A DNA stretch of 62,571 nucleotides, counting the filler, from Sphacelaria rigidula (Eukaryota): the NCBI GenBank assembly GCA_964200075.2. It is 8 parts of 8 records of this genome, joined end to end, with 100 filler letters (N's around TTAATTAATTAA, not from the genome) between each part and the next. Parts side by side here need not be neighbours in the genome. Positions count along the whole stretch, not along the records: positions 54,840 to 62,571 come from CAXNAA020013638.1; 7 more parts are not named here. One strand, given 5' to 3'. A model generated the notes under the pieces. It searched no databases. It was not told the origin of the DNA and saw only the letters and a list, made by a program, of their open reading frames with translations. This document shows positions 59,683 through 62,571 of the stretch, one piece after another. A program made the translations under genes and the position numbers. The number at the start of each line of letters is the position of its first letter. Position 1 is the first letter of the stretch.

Positions 59683-62256
59683 GGCAGCGGCGTTAGCAGG
59701 GGTCCGGTTCTGGGTTCGGTTCAGCCGTAGGGGCTGCTGCTCCGCAACGGGCGGTGCAGGTGGGATCGACCTCTCTAGTGTCGGGCTCGGTGCCGGCGCC
59801 GCCGGTAGCAGAGCAAGGCGAGACGCCGGCTGCGGAGCCGGCCGGTTTTCAGCTGAAATTTGAATCCGCTGCTGCGCCGGCCGGGGTACCGCTGAAATTT
59901 GGTTCTGCGGGCGGGGTTTTGTACCCGCCGGCGGTGCCGATGATCCCAGCGGGGGCGTCTCTGCCTGCGCCGCGCACGCAGCCGTGGCGCCAAGTGGGGA
60001 TTACGAACAATCAGTCGGCGGAGCAGGTGCCGGTCGAGGACCAAGACAATTATGTCCCTGCCGAGCTATATCTGCCCGATCAACGGGCGCGGGGAGCTAC
60101 ATCGGTCAAAACGGTGTTGGATTCAGGCGCCCACTTCACGAGCATGTCGGTGCTAATTGTGGAGATGCTGGAGCGTCTACTCCCCTGTGAGCAAATCCGA
60201 ATTTCGTTATCGCTCGGGGCGCGGCAGGTCATCACCGCATCGGGGCAACGTATAAATATGACGGAGCGTACGATTCCCCTACAGTTGGCGTTCCTGACTA
60301 CTTGGAGGGCAGTAAAATTACCCCCAATATCGTTTGCGATCATGCCGGGGACGGATAGTGTCGTTCTGTTGGGCCTACCGACGCTTCGGGGACTCGGAGT
60401 CGATCCGTATGATCGGTTGTTGGAGTCCCTAAAAACGAAAATGCCGTCGCCCGGTTCGAGTGTCGAGACGCCTGCTTTTTTGGCCAGTCGCAGAGTGAGC
60501 TTGTCGGTTGATGCTCTCCAGGAGGCGGGGGGGCAGGTGTCAAAGAATCGTGATGAGGGGGTGGAACGCTTGGTGGAGCGTGGCTAGGAGATATTTATTG
60601 ATCCGGCGGATGAGGAGTCCGCTCGGAAAGTCGCGCTGGAGGAGAGCGTAACGGATGCTGGGGCGCAAAGCCTCAGCGTCTCAAAAGCGGAGCGCCCGCG
60701 CGGTATATTGCATTGCCGCGTCAACGCGTTTCGTCATGCGCTGCGGGGTGATCCCCATGCGCGCGTGGAGTCCATGCGTGTTCAGCCAGAACCTGGGGCG
60801 TCCGTGGTGAAGACGAAGCTGCGGCGGTACGATCCAGTGAAGCCGAGTTGGTTGGCATTGTGCATGGTGGCTCTTTTGGCGCTCGGGTTAGTGTTACGGA
60901 ATTTGCAGGCGGGGTCGTCCAGTCCGGATAATGCGTTTCCGAAGAAAGCTGCATCGTGGACGGAGGGCAGGCTGCAGGCGTGGGCGGCAGCGAAGAATCT
61001 GGTGGCTGATGCAGTAACGCTGCTCCATCCTCGTCCAGATTGTCAGGTGTCAATGTTTCCGGGTGCATTTGAGTGCCATTGGGGTAATTGTGTAACGCAG
61101 GTGCCTGATGCAGAAATGCAACAACAGTTGCCGGTTGAAAACATGACGCATGAACCGGTGGCTTGTCTGAGTGGTAATTTCAAGGGTTCACAGATGCGTT
61201 GGGCAAAAATTGACAAGGAAGGTTTTGCTATCGTGAGCACTTTTCGTCGCCTTGAGCATCTGTTGTAGAATGGCGTACACATTCTCACGGATCACCGAAG
61301 TCTAACGTACATTTTCAACCCGGAGGCATGCGTGACGTCTGTGTCGAAGGCGTTGGCACAACGATTGGAGGGGTGGAAAGGAGTATTAGGACAGTATCGG
61401 TACACAATTTGTCACATTTCGGGTGAACGTAAATGAAACGCGTTGGGTTACTTGCTGTCGCGCTGGGTAAATATTCCCACTCTGCCTGCGCGCGCTGTGG
61501 CTGTGTATGGTCCGTGCGAACCCGACGACTCGATGCCGTCCAAATCCGTTGTTCGCCAAGCGCGACGAAAAGACCTTGGGGCCGATGATGTGGATGTGCA
61601 ATCTTTCGAGTCGGATGTTGGTACTGCTCTCTTGGACAATGAAGGTCTGTTTCGTGTGCATGTGCGTGGCTGAAACGTTTTGTGGATTCCGAGTTCTGAC
61701 AAGAAGTTGCAGGTACGTTTGATGATTTGTGCGCACATGCGCGATGCCGGGTATCGTGGTGTGGACGCGACGCTTGAAAGAGTTTTGTGTCTTGAAGGGG
61801 ATAGAAACTAATGTGGGCGCATTTGTCCGCCAGTGTCTTCACTGTGCTGACTCGAGGGCGGGCGATGTTGTTCCCCGCCCGCTCGGTGAAACGGTCCATA
61901 GGACCACGCCGAATGAAGTCGTTCATTTTGACTTCTTGCACGTGGGCGAGAGTGGCCCGCTAGCTTCCCACGGTTTGTCGGAGGATGCTGGATTCCGATA
62001 CATTGTGGTCATCATGGATGATTTGAGCAATTTTGTGGCTCTGGAACCAGTAGCCGTGTGTACTGCTGAATCGACTGCTGCGTCTTTGCTGAACTGGTAC
62101 AAACCTTTGGGGGTGCCCCGTGTGTGGGTGAGTGATACCGCCACGCATTTTGAGAATGCGATGTTGGCCCGGTTGCGAGAGGCTTTGCGCGTTGATCACC
62201 GGTTTGCGGTAGCGCATTCTCCGTGGTCTAACGGTACGTGCGAACGCATGGTAAAG
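58040..62256 (+). mobile_element. Defective Ty3/gypsy LTR retrotransposon (gag-PR-[RT deleted]-RH-IN)
   Basis: gag ORF 58721-59440. Zinc knuckle CFQCGQVGHIARKC at 59484-59525. Protease LDSGA at 60117. RNase H LSGNFKGSQMRWAKIDKEGFAIV..TDHRSL. Integrase VHFDFL..DDLS..VSDTATHF..SNGTCERM. The domain order is gypsy-type. A putative 5' LTR ends ..ttccatca at 58300, with an uncertain start. Confidence 0.93.
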
Positions 62257-62366
62257 GGAGTAACAGAGGATTCTATAAAATGAGGTTCATCAATGAAATG
62301 AGGTTCGAGCTCAAAACAGTATTTTCTCCACGCTTTCAGCGACGGTGCCCAATGACTTTCTTGTCG

Positions 62367-62571
62367 GCCTAACGCACCTCGATCGCGTAGATACTTCTTC
62401 AGCGCATTTTATCGACTCTGTGAGCTTACAGCGCTGTCCGAAACTGCCATTTGTACTTATTTTTTAGGGGGGGTGATATCAGGGAAAACAGCAGTTTCGG
62501 TCAGCGCTGTAAGCTCACAGAGTCGGTAAAATGCGCTGAAAAAGTATCTACGCGATCGAGGGGCGTTAGGC
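62367..62571. repeat. Foldback element with ~80-bp inverted arms (cut at window end)
   Basis: gcctaacgc.cctcgatcgcgtagatact..cagcgcatttta.cgactctgtgagcttacagcgctg.ccgaaactgc and its reverse complement. Confidence 0.88.

Noticed and set aside
1..62571. Functional linkage of PUS7, MSH2, CAP-Gly and SART3 genes as a cluster
   Set aside because: They lie on separate contigs joined artificially by size.

Overview
Eukaryotic, repeat-rich genomic DNA, most likely from a brown alga (Phaeophyceae). That assignment is an inference from short exons with GT-AG introns, TTAGGG-type repeats and the repeat families present. The window is not one locus. It is eight contigs of almost identical length (7735, 7735, 7734, 7734, 7734, 7734, 7733, 7732 bp) joined by 100-bp N44-TTAATTAATTAA-N44 linkers, so neighbourhood across linkers is not informative. 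Recognisable host genes, all partial: a TruD/PUS7-like first exon, eight exons of an MSH2-like gene, a CAP-Gly protein with a kinesin-13-like tail, and the 3' end of a SART3/Prp24-like gene carrying a RanBP2 zinc finger. The rest is mostly mobile DNA. It includes an RT-deleted Ty3/gypsy element, a three-level nest (RTE LINE > hAT-like satellite-bearing element > TA-targeting MITE), several MITE families (TA, TTAA, 8-bp and 4-bp TSDs, including a Ginger-like one with telomeric repeats), SINE-like repeats, a tRNA-Leu pseudogene, and two decayed Ulp1-like protease relics. No CRISPR array or prokaryotic system was found.
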